From Lytechinus pictus (Eukaryota), in assembly GCF_037042905.1 (NCBI RefSeq), contig NC_087251.1, positions 9,116,001 through 9,180,000 on the forward strand: a stretch of 64,000 nucleotides of DNA, written 5' to 3'. Position numbers and translations under genes: made by a program. The notes beneath the pieces are model-generated. The model was not told the origin of the DNA and did no database searches. It saw only the letters and a program-made list of their open reading frames with translations. Below, piece by piece: positions 27,846 through 40,733 of the stretch (the first letter of the stretch is position 1; each line of letters opens with the position of its first letter).

Positions 27846-27987
27846 GGCTTTAACTTTAAGTTTAACAAGTTAGATCTAACTTTATACCTGCTCATTTTCG
27901 TTCAAACAATTTTTCGTTCCGTGGTTTTCTTTTCCAAATTCTGTTTCGGACATGTCGGAAAAGGAACGTAGATCTAGACCTATTTAC

Positions 27988-29422
27988 CAGGCGCGTAGCC
28001 AGGGGGGGGCGGTGGGGGTGGTCGCCCCCCCCCCCAAAACGTCCCCAAAAAGAAAAAAAAAGAAGGAGAAAAAGAGAGGAGAAAAGGAAAAGCGAAGAGA
28101 GGAAAGGGAAGAAAGGTAGCTTTGTGGGTTTTTCTTTATATTCTTTATTTTTTTTTCTCAAAAAAGAAACTCTGTAACTCTTGCTCTAAATTTATATATG
28201 AATTTTGCTTCCGCGCTGCGCGCGGTTAAATGACAATATTGCAGTTCTCCTTTGTTTCCCTCACCCTTTCTCTAATCTTGTTTTTCCACCTCAGCTATAT
28301 GTGTTTCTTGCCCGTTAAAGTTCAAACGTATACATTAGGGCATGGAATTAGAGTAAGGTTAGGCCGAAGTATATGAATTTATCTTTTTTTTTTATTGATC
28401 GCGCAACTTCTGGTCGGGTCGGCTCCTGGCGGGTAAAATCTTTATCTCAATTTCTGCCGTCACCTCCATATAGGCAACTTCTCCCGCTTTTCAGCTCATT
28501 ACTAAACAACCATAATTTGGGGGCAAACAGGTTTCTAATTTAAAAAGAGGAAGGTATACAATTCGTGTCGTATTAAATAAAAAAAAGTGCAATATTTTTT
28601 TATCAAATTCTATTCAACTTCATGTCATTTCCCTGCACATTCAACTCCTGTCCTGTTTTGCGCCCTCAGTTTGAATTTTGAATGACACTTAAGTTTCTTT
28701 ATCATTCAAAGTGAAGCGCATCAGGATAAGTGAAAGAAATTATACATCATCGTGTTTTATATAATTTCAATAATCACAGAAGTTTAAACTTTTTGCGCAC
28801 TATTTTCCTTGTAATGAAGTTCAATAATCTTAGAAAATTAACTGAATTAGAGATATCTGCATTTGATGAAACGTCCGCCCGTTTGAAATTTCAGAGTTTC
28901 ATTGCTCTGAGCGGGGAGGAATATCTTCCTCCCGGCATATATCCTTCTTCTCCTCTGTTTTGCGAGTTAAGATATGCACTGTCGCTAAATTGTTTGTAAT
29001 CAAATCTGATCTTTCCAAGGGAAGTATTAGCAATATAACTTAGAAAATAACCTTTTCTCGGGACCATTTTCTTTGCAAAAAAAAAAAAAACCGCTTTAGC
29101 TTCCGCGCGCGGGGTTAATATTATTTTAATTTCCTCCATTTTATCCCTTTTTTGTTCGTTTTAAAATCACTTTTGAAAACAAGGTTCAATATCACAATAT
29201 AGTCAAATGACTTGGAGCTGATATAGGTACTAGAGACAAGGAAGGCGGCTCCTTTTTATTTCAATTTATGAAACACCGAAAGCTTCGCGCGGGAGGGGGA
29301 AACTCCCCCTCCCTGCAGTGCACCCACCCCCTAGGGAGCGCGCTTCGCGCGCTCTGTAAGTGTTGGCACGCTTCGCGTGCATTTACCGCCCCCTCCAAAA
29401 TGAAATCCTGGCTACGCGGTTG
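27988..29422. mobile_element. hAT-like non-autonomous element
   Basis: TIR CAGGCGCGTAGCCAGG / CCTGGCTACGCGGTTG; perfect 8-bp TSD ctatttac (27980-87 and 29423-30). Confidence 0.85.
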
Positions 29423-29430
29423 CTATTTAC

Positions 29431-29760
29431 CTTCCTAATTTAAATGAGGAACGTCACTTGATCTGAGAGTGGCTGCAGACGGTCACTAGTGAGGCGCAGC
29501 CTGGCTGAGGACCGGAAAGGAGCAGGTTGGACGGCTAGGCAAGGCCAGAGCGCTGGTAGTGGAGCAGAGCAGGGGGTGGTGTCTGTGCTAATGTGGGCGG
29601 TTGGTCGGCCCGCCAGTCTCACATTCACTCCCTTTTCTCACTATCCGCTTTCGATTGTCGATGGTCTGCAGGAAATGGTGTGATGACAGACTACGGCATG
29701 CCAAAATAATCGGTCTACTTTCATCCACTCTCTATTTTTGTCACTTTACAAATCTAACGT
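29431..29760 (-). other. SLC25A29: Probable non-coding first exon of the SLC25A29-like gene (5' end uncertain)
   Basis: GC/CpG-rich non-repetitive block ending in a donor-like ggaag|gtaaat; the 24050 exon has an acceptor and so needs an upstream exon. Confidence 0.5.
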
Positions 29761-29930
29761 GAGGTCCGGTCTCCTTCACTTCGACTGTACTGTCGCATCA
29801 TCAGCGGCCATCACACGTGACAAGTCACTCGCCGATGTAAAATTTTAAAAGCTAGCTCGACGCGACGCGCGTGAGCGATCAATCAATCTCGCCTAGTCTG
29901 CAGGCGTACCCTGATTGAAACTTTAATCAA
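29760..29930 (-). promoter_or_regulatory. Candidate CpG-rich promoter with E-box CACGTG (29814-29819)
   Basis: High CpG density (cgcgacgcgc), E-box, located upstream of the putative exon 1. Confidence 0.4.
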
Positions 29931-31094
29931 TAAGTTGGTCTTCACAAAAGACTAGCACTTTTAACCCTTGCTGGTTCAATTATTACACAAGTCATTATTG
30001 GGCTGTGTATTCAGACCGCTGGCTTATTCTCGTGAAGGATTTGCAAAGCTGCAGACTGAGTGAGAGCTTCAAGTGCTTATACGGTTTGCAGATATAGGCC
30101 CTATACTATAGTATTAGTTTTTCAAGTTATTCTTCTTTTCGTTTCTGCAGTGGCATCACCATTATTTTTTTTCAAACAAGGCCGCAGACAAAGATGTAGG
30201 CTATATAGATGTAGGTCTATATAAACAAAAACAAATATAAATATATATATATTTCAGACCCGGGGTTTCAATCGCATCAAGGTACTAGCAAAATCAAAGA
30301 AAATAAAATGTATGAAGTTATAAGCCGGGGCTTTTATGCTCCTAGATTAACAGTAGGCCTACAGTAGGATATCGCAGACAAGGTCAAGTCAACTTTTTTT
30401 CAACTTTGTCATAATAATCAACACTTTGATTGTGGGCATCAACGGAAAGACAAGATTCACAATTTTGTTGAAAAAAAACCCTGATATTATTTCTTCTTGT
30501 ATTCATTATCCCTTTCCCCTTGTCCTTTCTCGGCTTTTCGCTTCCACTTATATTTCCCCTTAGTTTCCTGACTCACTTTTCTTAAGTTCAGTCTCCTTTT
30601 CATAGACGGATACAGCTGGGGGGCAGGGCCCCTCGAGCAAAAGAAAAAGAAAGGAAAGAAAAAAAAAAAAAGGGAAAAGAGAGGAGAAAAAAGAAGATGA
30701 CGAGGAAGCAGTGGCGTAGCTAGGATTTTTTCCTTGGGGGGCACTGGGGGTCCTTGCTTTTTCAGGGGGGGGGGGCACCATTTTTTCCGGTGTGTGTGTA
30801 TGTGTCACAATTTAAGGGCGGATCCGAAAATTCACCTCAATATTTTCCCCGATCAGTCACTTCTTAGTTTTATTCTTATAAAACAATTAACATAAACATG
30901 AAATAATATTAAAAGCCTTATAAAAAGCGCGAGCGTTTTTTTTTACTTTCATGTATTTTGTCCTGAAAATTTGATATTCTGGGCAATGTTGTGTGATCCT
31001 GAACAAGATTCGTATGTAACTAGATGGTTACTGCGAACGCCAAGCGCGAGCAGAAATTCTTATTTACTGTTCTAGAATATCGAAAAGGGACCTG

Positions 31095-31703
31095 TTAAAG
31101 GTCAAGTCCACATCAGGAAAATGTTGATTTGAATCAATAGAGAAAAATCAGACAAGCACATTGCTGAAAATTTCATCAAAATCGAATGTAAGATAAGATA
31201 GTTATGACATTTCAAAGTTTCGCTTATTTCTAACAAAATAGTTATATGAACGAGCCAGTTACATCCAAATGAGAGAGTCGATGATGTCACTCACTCACTA
31301 TTTCTTTTGTTTTTTATTGTTTGAATTATACAATATTTAAATTTTTACGAATTTGACGATTAGGACCATCTTGCCTGAAGCACAAAATGTTAAAAAAAGG
31401 AATTCCACGTGTTCAGGGAGGAATGAAACTTCATTTCACATGACAATGACGAGAAAATCAAAATATTTCATATTTCATATAATAAAATACAAAAGAAATA
31501 GTGAGTGAGTGATGTCATCAGTTCCTCATTTGCATACCGACCGAGATGTGCATATAACTGTTTTGTGAAATGAAGCGAAACTTTAAAATGCCATAACTTT
31601 CTTATTTTACATCAGATTTTGATGAAATTTTCAGTGTTATGCTTGTTGAATTTTTCTCTTTTTATTCAAATCAAGTTTTTGTTGGGGTGGACTTGTCCTT
31701 TAA
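31095..31703. mobile_element. Kolobok/T2-type MITE, family A (nested)
   Basis: TTAA-AGGTCAAGTCCAC ... GTGGACTTGTCCT-TTAA. Confidence 0.85.
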
Positions 31704-32060
31704 TTAAGGACTGCTTACAGTGACGGTATATATTTCAATAATGCGAGCGCGAAGCGCGAGCAAATATTTTTGACATTCCGACCTAAAAAATTGTCATTCT
31801 AAGCACTTTTTGTATTAATAAATGGGATAGGTATGTAACTAAACAATTGATGCGAGCGCGAAGCGCGAGAGGAAGAAAATTGAGATTTTAGACCTAAAAG
31901 CGGGACACTATTCATATTTTGTAAATCATAAATAGGATATAGTTAATTGGGTATCATTAATAATGCGATCGTGAAGCGTGAGCAGACAATTATTGATATT
32001 CTGATGTGAAACTGGATAATTTAAGTAGGCCTATACACTTTAAACAAAGATCATGCAGGC

Positions 32061-32209
32061 CACTAGCGTACCTACGGGGGGGGGGGCAGAGGGGGCAGTC
32101 TGCCCCCCCTGACGAGCCACAACCCATGCAAAGGACGTATCCCTGCCCCCCTGACGAGCTTGAAGACCTTTATTGCCCCCCCCCCCCCCCCCCCCGACGA
32201 GCTTGAAGA

Positions 32210-32245
<36 letters not shown>

Positions 32246-32341
32246 TGTCAAATTTTTTTCTGGTACGAAATCCTTCATTTGTGATTGAAGACCTTTTTTT
32301 TTTTTTTTGCCCCCCTGTGAAAAATCTCAGGTACGCCACTG
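32061..32341. mobile_element. hAT-like MITE (nested)
   Basis: TIR CACTAGCGTACCT / AGGTACGCCACTG; 8-bp TSD atgcaggc (32053-60 and 32342-49). Confidence 0.85.
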
Positions 32342-33334
32342 ATGCAGGCTATATCGCATGTTTTAGATTTAAACCTAGAATCTGAGCATTCTGAATACAT
32401 TTGTTTAATGGAACATTATGGAATACACGTAGAGAATAGGAACTTGGCAAATCAAGCAATGTGACCACGCATCATTTTGTTTAGAAAAATATTGATTAAA
32501 ATTTTCCATTCTTTATGTAGAAATGTCAAAAATTTTCCGCTCGCATTATTTGATTGTTGAAATATTCAACTTCTTCATGGCTAAGTGCAAACAGTCATTA
32601 GCAGGTAGGGCCTACCTGTTCGATCAGTTAAAAACGTATATAAAAATGTTCTACTCGCGCTCGCATTAATGTAAGGAAGATCCCCAATTACTCATCATTT
32701 CATTATTTACAAAACGTGAATAGAGTGTCTCATTTTTAGGTCTAAATCTCGAAACTTTCGGCTCGCGCTTCGCGCTCGCTTCAATTGTTAAGTTATATAC
32801 CTAATCTGTTTACCGGTAAGTTACAAAAAGTGCATAGAATTTCCATTCTTTAGGTAAAAGTGTCAAAAATAGTCAGCTCGCGCCTGGAGCTCGCATTATT
32901 TGATTGTTGAAATATGTAACGTCTTCATGGCTAACTGCAAGCAGTAGGTAGGCCTACCTTTTCGATCAGTTCAAAACGTATATCCAAAATTTCTGCTCGC
33001 GCTTTGCATTCGTAGTATAGTTGCATACACATCTTTTTCAGGATAATAAACATTGCCTATAGAATGTCCAAATTTTAGGAAAAAATATATAAAATTTCAA
33101 AAAAAAAATTGCTCGCGCTTCGCGCTCGCATTATATAAATAAGAATTATGATATTATATATTTATGTTGATTTATAAGAATAAAACTAAGAAGTAACTTT
33201 TACGACTACCCCTTCAAATAAAAAAAAAATCATGTTCGAGCGGCCGATCAGCCCCCGGGCCGATCGGGGAAAATATGGCTGAAAAAAAATCCGCCCCCCC
33301 CCCCTATTGGCGAAGGCTGGTTCCGCCCCTGAAT

Positions 33335-33970
33335 TCTCTATTCATTCTGCTCTTTTCTCTCTCCCTTTCCCCTTTCCATAATTTTGTTTCCATTCTCTCT
33401 CTCCTCCATGATTTGGCTTCCTTTCGGCTCTCCCTTTTTTCCTACTCCGTATCTCTCATTTTCTGGCTTGCTTCTTTCAGGCCCATACTCATCATTTTTG
33501 GGGAAAGGTCTCCTTTCACTTCTTTTCTTCTCTCTATTTCTACCCTTCTTTTTCTCTCCCTTTCCCTTCTATCTCTTCCACTTCCCTTGCCCCTCTCACT
33601 TCTTTCCTGCCTCTTCCCTATCACTTTTCCCTTCTTCTTTATCCTCTTATTCCCTAATCCTTGGCCCCAATTCCCTCCTAGTTCCTCTTTCCTTTCTGTC
33701 ACGTTTCTTTCCTTTTTCCTCTCTTTTCCCCCATTCTTTCCCTTCTCATTTTCTCTTTCTTTTTCCTCTTCCATTATTTTCTTTCCCCTCTCATATCCTT
33801 TCTTTTCCCGTCTCCTTTTCTCTGATCCCCCTCACCCCTTCATTTCTTTTCCTTCCCTTTTCTCTCTTTTTCCCCTTTCTTCCTTTCCTGTTTTTCCTTC
33901 TCCTAGCTCCCTTTCCTTCCTTATTTTTCCTTTCTTCCCCTTCTCTCTCTTTTCTTTTCTCGTCTCCTAT
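33335..33970. repeat. Polypyrimidine low-complexity tract
   Basis: Almost exclusively C/T on the + strand. Confidence 0.9.
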
Positions 33971-34551
33971 TTGACACATAATTGGAAAATTATAACACAT
34001 AGACCGGGCACATAGACAACCATGGGGGATTCAGGGAGCGAAGCTGCCTCTGCCCCCCCCCCCCCCCCATGGCCACAAAAAAAGAATAAATGGAAAAGGG
34101 GGAGGAAAAAATAAAGATGAAGGAAGATAAAGTTAGGAGGAAGAAGTCAAGCAAGGGGATCGAGGGGAATGATTTTCACGACCAAGGAAAAAAAAAAGGA
34201 AACGGATGATAAAATGTTAGGTCAAAATTTTATCTATCACAAAATAGATCCTTTATACTCACGTTTTGGGGTTACACGTTCGTTATTCGACCGGCTGGAC
34301 CGTTTGTTGTTTAGTCGTCAAGTAACCTCCAGATAATTACAGGGGGATCGGGTGTGTCATTATAAAACAGCAGAAGCTGTTAATAATGATATACCGATAA
34401 TACCAATGATCACAATAACAACGGTACGAATAATAAATATTAATACAATTATTTTTTTTAATGGTTAACTTCATAATGACGGTGAAAAAATAATGGCAAC
34501 ACCAATAACAATGACTGTTTTTTTAAGTCATTATATCCATAATGGAATCAT

Positions 34552-35275
34552 TATAAAGCCCTCAAAAAAAGTTTGGAACTCTGAGTTTGGCCATTAATTT
34601 CTCCCAACTCCCAATTTTACACAATGCATATTTGACAACATTCAAAAGATCATTTCATTCTCTTTAAAATGATACCATGCTTGTTATGATCATGCCATCA
34701 CAAAAAGAGCAGGATTCAAAAGTGTTGGATGGGGTTGAATTGAAAAGCTGCAAAACGAGCAGAAATAGTCATGAAGGGTCAATACAGAACATGATTCTTT
34801 TGTCTGTGTCAATAGAGATGAAAATCCATTCAAATCAAGCCCATGCTTCTCCATTTTTTATGTTTTGTTGTGGTTTATGTAGTGACGGTTCTGTAAGATA
34901 ACATGGTTGAGTCGTGGTTTGAAATACCCATGCATGTTTGTTTGTGCAGAGGTGTGTTTGATTCCATGTTAATGTTGGTGTTAAGGTACATGAAAACAAT
35001 TAAAAGAAACCGCTGAGAAACTCACTCAACACCACGGAAAAAAGAACAGTGATTTTCAATATTGTGTCATTTTGCAACTTTTGAATTTTGACCTTCCCTC
35101 ACATTTCAAGGTACTGCACCTCCATGTGAACCATAATCATATCATGTAGGGTATAATTTTAAAGAGAATTAAATGATCTATTCATTGATATTAATTACAC
35201 ATTGATATTTACTAAAACCGAGGAGGAATTATTGATCAAAGTCAGATTTCCAAACTTTTTTTGAGGAGTTTATAT
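34552..35275. mobile_element. Tc1/mariner-like MITE
   Basis: Imperfect TIR cctcaaaaaaagtttggaa.tctga.ttt / aaagtcagatttccaaactttttttgagg, with TA/TATA flanks. Confidence 0.7.
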
Positions 35276-38200
35276 AGGTGCCGGTTGCATTTCAATTCGT
35301 CCAGTGGCTTAACAGGCAGGCGTAGGGGGGCAAGCTGCCCCCCTCCCCCTTGGCGGATTTCACCGGGAAAATAAAAAAACGGGAAAAGAGAAAAGGGAGA
35401 AAGACAGAGAGGGAAAGAAAGAAAGAAAAAGAGGAAAGAAAAACAAAGGAAAGAAAAAGGGAAAAGTGAAAAAGAAATTAAAAGGAAAGAAAGAACTGGA
35501 AGGAAAGAAGAACATACAAAATATCCTGAAATACTACATTACTACAACATACTACATAAAAATAATACAAAATGACTCAATGGCACAGGCAAGAATGGCG
35601 GGAAGCGAAATGGGAGAAAGAGGTAAAAAGAAACGGGAAATGAAGGGATAGAGCCATAAAGAAATTAAGGGACAAGAAAAAGAAAAGAACTTAATAACAT
35701 TACCGAGCTGCTGAGGATTAAAAAATATAAAGAACGGGAAGAAAGGTAGATGGCGTCTATTATAAGCTTGCTAAATTTTATGCAATAATTGTCGCATTCA
35801 GAACAACAACAAAATCCACAGCCAAGGGTTAGTTATATCCCCCTATATTATGTCCTATAACGTAATTAATTACGCTGGCTAGATTTACCGTAAAAAGCCT
35901 CTTAATGTTAACTCTATCTAAATTTCCAAAGCTATACATCACCGTAATTAGACTTTAATTTTAAAAATCATTTCAAAAGGCCAATTTTTTCTGGCTCGCT
36001 TCGCTCGCTAGCTACTTTCCAAATTTTACCACATACTCATTTGCTATATGTTGTGCTACCTCAAAATATTTCGTTTATTATCCGTAACTGCGTTGAAGTT
36101 AATGTTGTGCATGTATTACCCAAGATATGATAAAAAAAAGTGGCCATCTGCAATGTTTAAAAATATCACGAGGTATACGGGGCCGGGTCCGCCCCATACC
36201 AGTAACGGCACCAAGCTGGGGAGGCACGGGGGCCATTTGCCCCCCCCCCCCGAAATTTTGAAAAATGAAAAAATGCATATATAGTAAATGCTGTCATTAG
36301 CATCCTACTAAATCTGCAAAGTACTCCAAAACAACTTTTTAAATTCTTTAAATTTTGAAAATTTTCTCATCCATTCACTGTTAGCTAGCTCGAGCTCCCA
36401 ACAATTTTTGTCACTAACCCCGGGGGAACCACTTCATTGGCGAGTGGATACCAGCGAGACCATGAGGTTTCGAAAAGCACCCTAAACAAGTATTTTCCAT
36501 GTTCTGAAAATGCACACCTTAACCGAGTATTGGCATGTGAAACCCTACCCTTAACAAATATTGGAAACAAAACGGTACTCTAAGTATATTCCCTAAATCG
36601 GACCCCCTAAACAAGTACAACGCCCACGATATCTTATTTTGTTATGTCACGGACGTCGGCTTACCTTTACTTTCATTAGTACCACCCGACCTCGCTCAAC
36701 TGGACCATAAACACGTAGTGTTGGGGCAATAAGTACATGCTTAATAGAGTATTTTAGTCTTGTTATACCCTCACAATTTGGACCGTAAAAACACGTTTTC
36801 CTAGCGAAATAAAACGTGCCATATCTTGAAAGAGAGATCCTTTTTAAGTGGTTTTTTTTTGGTCACGCATGGTATCTGGTCAATGGAAGTGCCCCCCCCC
36901 CCCCGGACACACCCAAACCAACCAAGCATTACAGGCACACTGAAAGCAATTCTGGACGGGGAGGGAGATAAACTACTCGGGGCCTACTTCAAGTCGTGGG
37001 TGTAAAAAGAAAGGAGGAAAAAAGATATATCAAGAAGAGAAGAATGACATTGGCAGAGGAATCAGCTATAGCACGCCAAAAACATGATACAATATATACA
37101 AATAGTTTATGAGTGCGACCGTTCGAATATTACAGGTGCAAGTTGAAGCAGTCTGTTCAACCCCGCTTCGCGTTGTTGAATAGATTCCTTCAAATTGCAC
37201 GCTCATGTAATATTCGGAACAGTCGCACTCATAAACATTGAATAGTAATATATATATATATATGTACTAATATCAAACTAAGAAAGATGTTACATACATA
37301 ATTTCTCCCAACTCCCAATTTTACACAATGCATATTTGACAACATTCAAAAGATCATTTCATTCTCTTTAAAATGATACCATGCTTGTTATGATCATGCC
37401 ATCACAAAAAGAGCAGGATTCAAAAGTGTTGGATGGGGTTGAATTGAAAAGCTGCAAAACGAGCAGAAATAGTCATGAAGGGTCAATACAGAACATGATT
37501 CTTTTGTCTGTGTCAATAGAGATGAAAATCCATTCAAATCAAGCCCATGCTTCTCCATTTTTTATGTTTTGTTGTGGTTTATGTAGTGACGGTTCTGTAA
37601 GATAACATGGTTGAGTCGTGGTTTGAAATACCCATGCATGTTTGTTTGTGCAGAGGTGTGTTTGATTCCATGTTAATGTTGGTGTTAAGGTACATGAAAA
37701 CAATTAAAAGAAACCGCTGAGAAACTCACTCAACACCACGGAAAAAAGAACAGTGATTTTCAATATTGTGTCATTTTGCAACTTTTGAATTTTGACCTTC
37801 CCTCACATTTCAAGGTACTGCACCTCCATGTGAACCATAATCATATCATGTAGGGTATAATTTTAAAGAGAATTAAATGATCTATTCATTGATATTAATT
37901 ACACATTGATATTTACTAAAACCGAGGAGGAATTATTGATCAAAGTCAGATTTCCAAACTTTTTTTGAGGAGTTTATATAGGTGCCGGTTGCATTTCAAT
38001 TCGTCCAGTGGCTTAACAGGCAGGCGTAGGGGGGCAAGCTGCCCCCCTCCCCCTTGGCGGATTTCACCGGGAAAATAAAAAAACGGGAAAAGAGAAAAGG
38101 GAGAAAGACAGAGAGGGAAAGAAAGAAAGAAAAAGAGGAAAGAAAAACAAAGGAAAGAAAAAGGGAAAAGTGAAAAAGAAATTAAAAGGAAAGAAAGAAC

Positions 38201-40005
38201 TGGAAGGAAAGAAGAACATACAAAATATCCTGAAATACTACATTACTACAACATACTACATAAAAATAATACAAAATGACTCAATGGCACAGGCAAGAAT
38301 GGCGGGAAGCGAAATGGGAGAAAGAGGTAAAAAGAAACGGGAAATGAAGGGATAGAGCCATAAAGAAATTAAGGGACAAGAAAAAGAAAAGAACTTAATA
38401 ACATTACCGAGCTGCTGAGGATTAAAAAATATAAAGAACGGGAAGAAAGGTAGATGGCGTCTATTATAAGCTTGCTAAATTTTATGCAATAATTGTCGCA
38501 TTCAGAACAACAACAAAATCCACAGCCAAGGGTTAGTTATATCCCCCTATATTATGTCCTATAACGTAATTAATTACGCTGGCTAGATTTACCGTAAAAA
38601 GCCTCTTAATGTTAACTCTATCTAAATTTCCAAAGCTATACATCACCGTAATTAGACTTTAATTTTAAAAATCATTTCAAAAGGCCAATTTTTTCTGGCT
38701 CGCTTCGCTCGCTAGCTACTTTCCAAATTTTACCACATACTCATTTGCTATATGTTGTGCTACCTCAAAATATTTCGTTTATTATCCGTAACTGCGTTGA
38801 AGTTAATGTTGTGCATGTATTACCCAAGATATGATAAAAAAAAGTGGCCATCTGCAATGTTTAAAAATATCACGAGGTATACGGGGCCGGGTCCGCCCCA
38901 TACCAGTAACGGCACCAAGCTGGGGAGGCACGGGGGCCATTTGCCCCCCCCCCCCCCGAAATTTTGAAAAATGAAAAAATGCATATATAGTAAATGCTGT
39001 CATTAGCATCCTACTAAATCTGCAAAGTACTCCAAAACAACTTTTTAAATTCTTTAAATTTTGAAAATTTTCTCATCCATTCACTGTTAGCTAGCTCGAG
39101 CTCCCAACAATTTTTGTCACTAACCCCGGGGGAACCACTTCATTGGCGAGTGGATACCAGCGAGACCATGAGGTTTCGAAAAGCACCCTAAACAAGTATT
39201 TTCCATGTTCTGAAAATGCACACCTTAACCGAGTATTGGCATGTGAAACCCTACCCTTAACAAATATTGGAAACAAAACGGTACTCTAAGTATATTCCCT
39301 AAATCGGACCCCCTAAACAAGTACAACGCCCACGATATCTTATTTTGTTATGTCACGGACGTCGGCTTACCTTTACTTTCATTAGTACCACCCGACCTCG
39401 CTCAACTGGACCATAAACACGTAGTGTTGGGGCAATAAGTACATGCTTAATAGAGTATTTTAGTCTTGTTATACCCTCACAATTTGGACCGTAAAAACAC
39501 GTTTTCCTAGCGAAATAAAACGTGCCATATCTTGAAAGAGAGATCCTTTTTAAGTGGTTTTTTTTTGGTCACGCATGGTATCTGGTCAATGGAAGTGCCC
39601 CCCCCCCCCCCCGGACACACCCAAACCAACCAAGCATTACAGGCACACTGAAAGCAATTCTGGACGGGGAGGGAGATAAACTACTCGGGGCCTACTTCAA
39701 GTCGTGGGTGTAAAAAGAAAGGAGGAAAAAAGATATATCAAGAAGAGAAGAATGACATTGGCAGAGGAATCAGCTATAGCACGCCAAAAACACGATACAA
39801 TATATACAAATAGTTTATGAGTGCGACCGTTCGAATATTACAGGTGCAAGTTGAAGCAGTCTGTTCAACCCCGCTTCGCGTTGTTGAATAGATTCCTTCA
39901 AATTGCACGCTCATGTAATATTCGGAACAGTCGCACTCATAAACATTGAATAGTAATATATATATATATATGTACTAATATCAAACTAAGAAAGATGTTA
40001 CATAC
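34595..40005. repeat. Near-identical direct tandem duplication, unit ~2.7 kb (34595-37297 and 37299-40005)
   Basis: Identical ORFs at an offset of 2704; visible differences are poly-C lengths and one C/T (catga vs cacga). Confidence 0.95.
36418..36906. mobile_element. MITE with CCCGGG-type ends (duplicated at ~39124-39614)
   Basis: ccgggggaaccacttcattg ... caatggaagtgcccccccccccgg inverted ends. Confidence 0.65.
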
Positions 40006-40189
40006 CGGTCACCTTGCCCCCCCCCCCCCCCCCTTCCCTCCATCAACATACCCAGGTGGCACCCTTGGTTTTAGATAAAATATCACAGCTAATCACTGGA
40101 CTAGGATCTCGGAGTGTCTCTCTCTTCACAGTCATTTAACCATGAATAAAAGAAATACATGTAAATAATTTCTACAAGTGGAATGCCTC

Positions 40190-40733
40190 TGGGGCACTCG
40201 ACCAAAAAAGTAGTGGGTATGTGCCGCGGGCGAGACAAAAAACGGGGGCCTTGGAGCGGGCTTATTGTAAAAAGGAGGGTCCTCGCGGGGGTCCTCAGAA
40301 CGGGCTTCGGAACTACAAATGTTTGTGAAAACGGGGGTCATTGGAACGGGTCCCTGCGTGTGAGTGCTTATGCATCCCTATGGAACGTGCATGCAGCTAG
40401 CCCAGCGGCACGGGCGCCGGGTGCGCTATCGCAGAGGCGATGGTCGGACAGCGCTCTGCGGCCGCTTTTCACCAAAATTGCGGCTCATTGTAGCAGAACA
40501 ATGCGACCGGAACGGCGTAATGGAAAATATGCGAAGCCTTGGAGCGGATTTATTTCTTCTTTTTCTCGATAAGAAGAAAATGCTATGCTTTGGAGCGGCT
40601 TTCTTTGTTCTTTTTCTCAATAAGACAAAAAATGATATGCCTTGGAACGGAAATTTGAGTGTAAAAATGGGGGTCCCCTCCGCGGCACATACCCACTATG
40701 CATTATATACTGAGTGCCCCCCCCCCCCCCGGG
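40190..40733. mobile_element. GC-rich MITE (ggggcactc...gagtgcccc)
   Basis: Inverted tagtgggtatgtgccgcgg / ccgcggcacatacccacta. Confidence 0.75.

Larger units (their letters stand above)
30709..33331. mobile_element. Composite foldback-like DNA element(s) with gcgagcgcgaagcgcgag subterminal motifs (boundaries uncertain)
   Basis: The motif points one way in the left half and is inverted (gctcgcgcttcgcgctcgc) in the right half; hAT-like ends CAGTGGCG.. / ..CGCCCCTG; no matching TSD found. Confidence 0.5.

Noticed and set aside
33275..34015. 246-aa and 196-aa F/S/L/P-rich ORFs
   Set aside because: Translation of a polypyrimidine tract; the same applies to the ORFs at 56924-57584
34677..39276. 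Duplicated small ORFs (74, 61, 78 and 61 aa) as a gene cluster
   Set aside because: They sit inside MITEs or low-complexity DNA in the tandem duplication, with no protein motifs or splice structure
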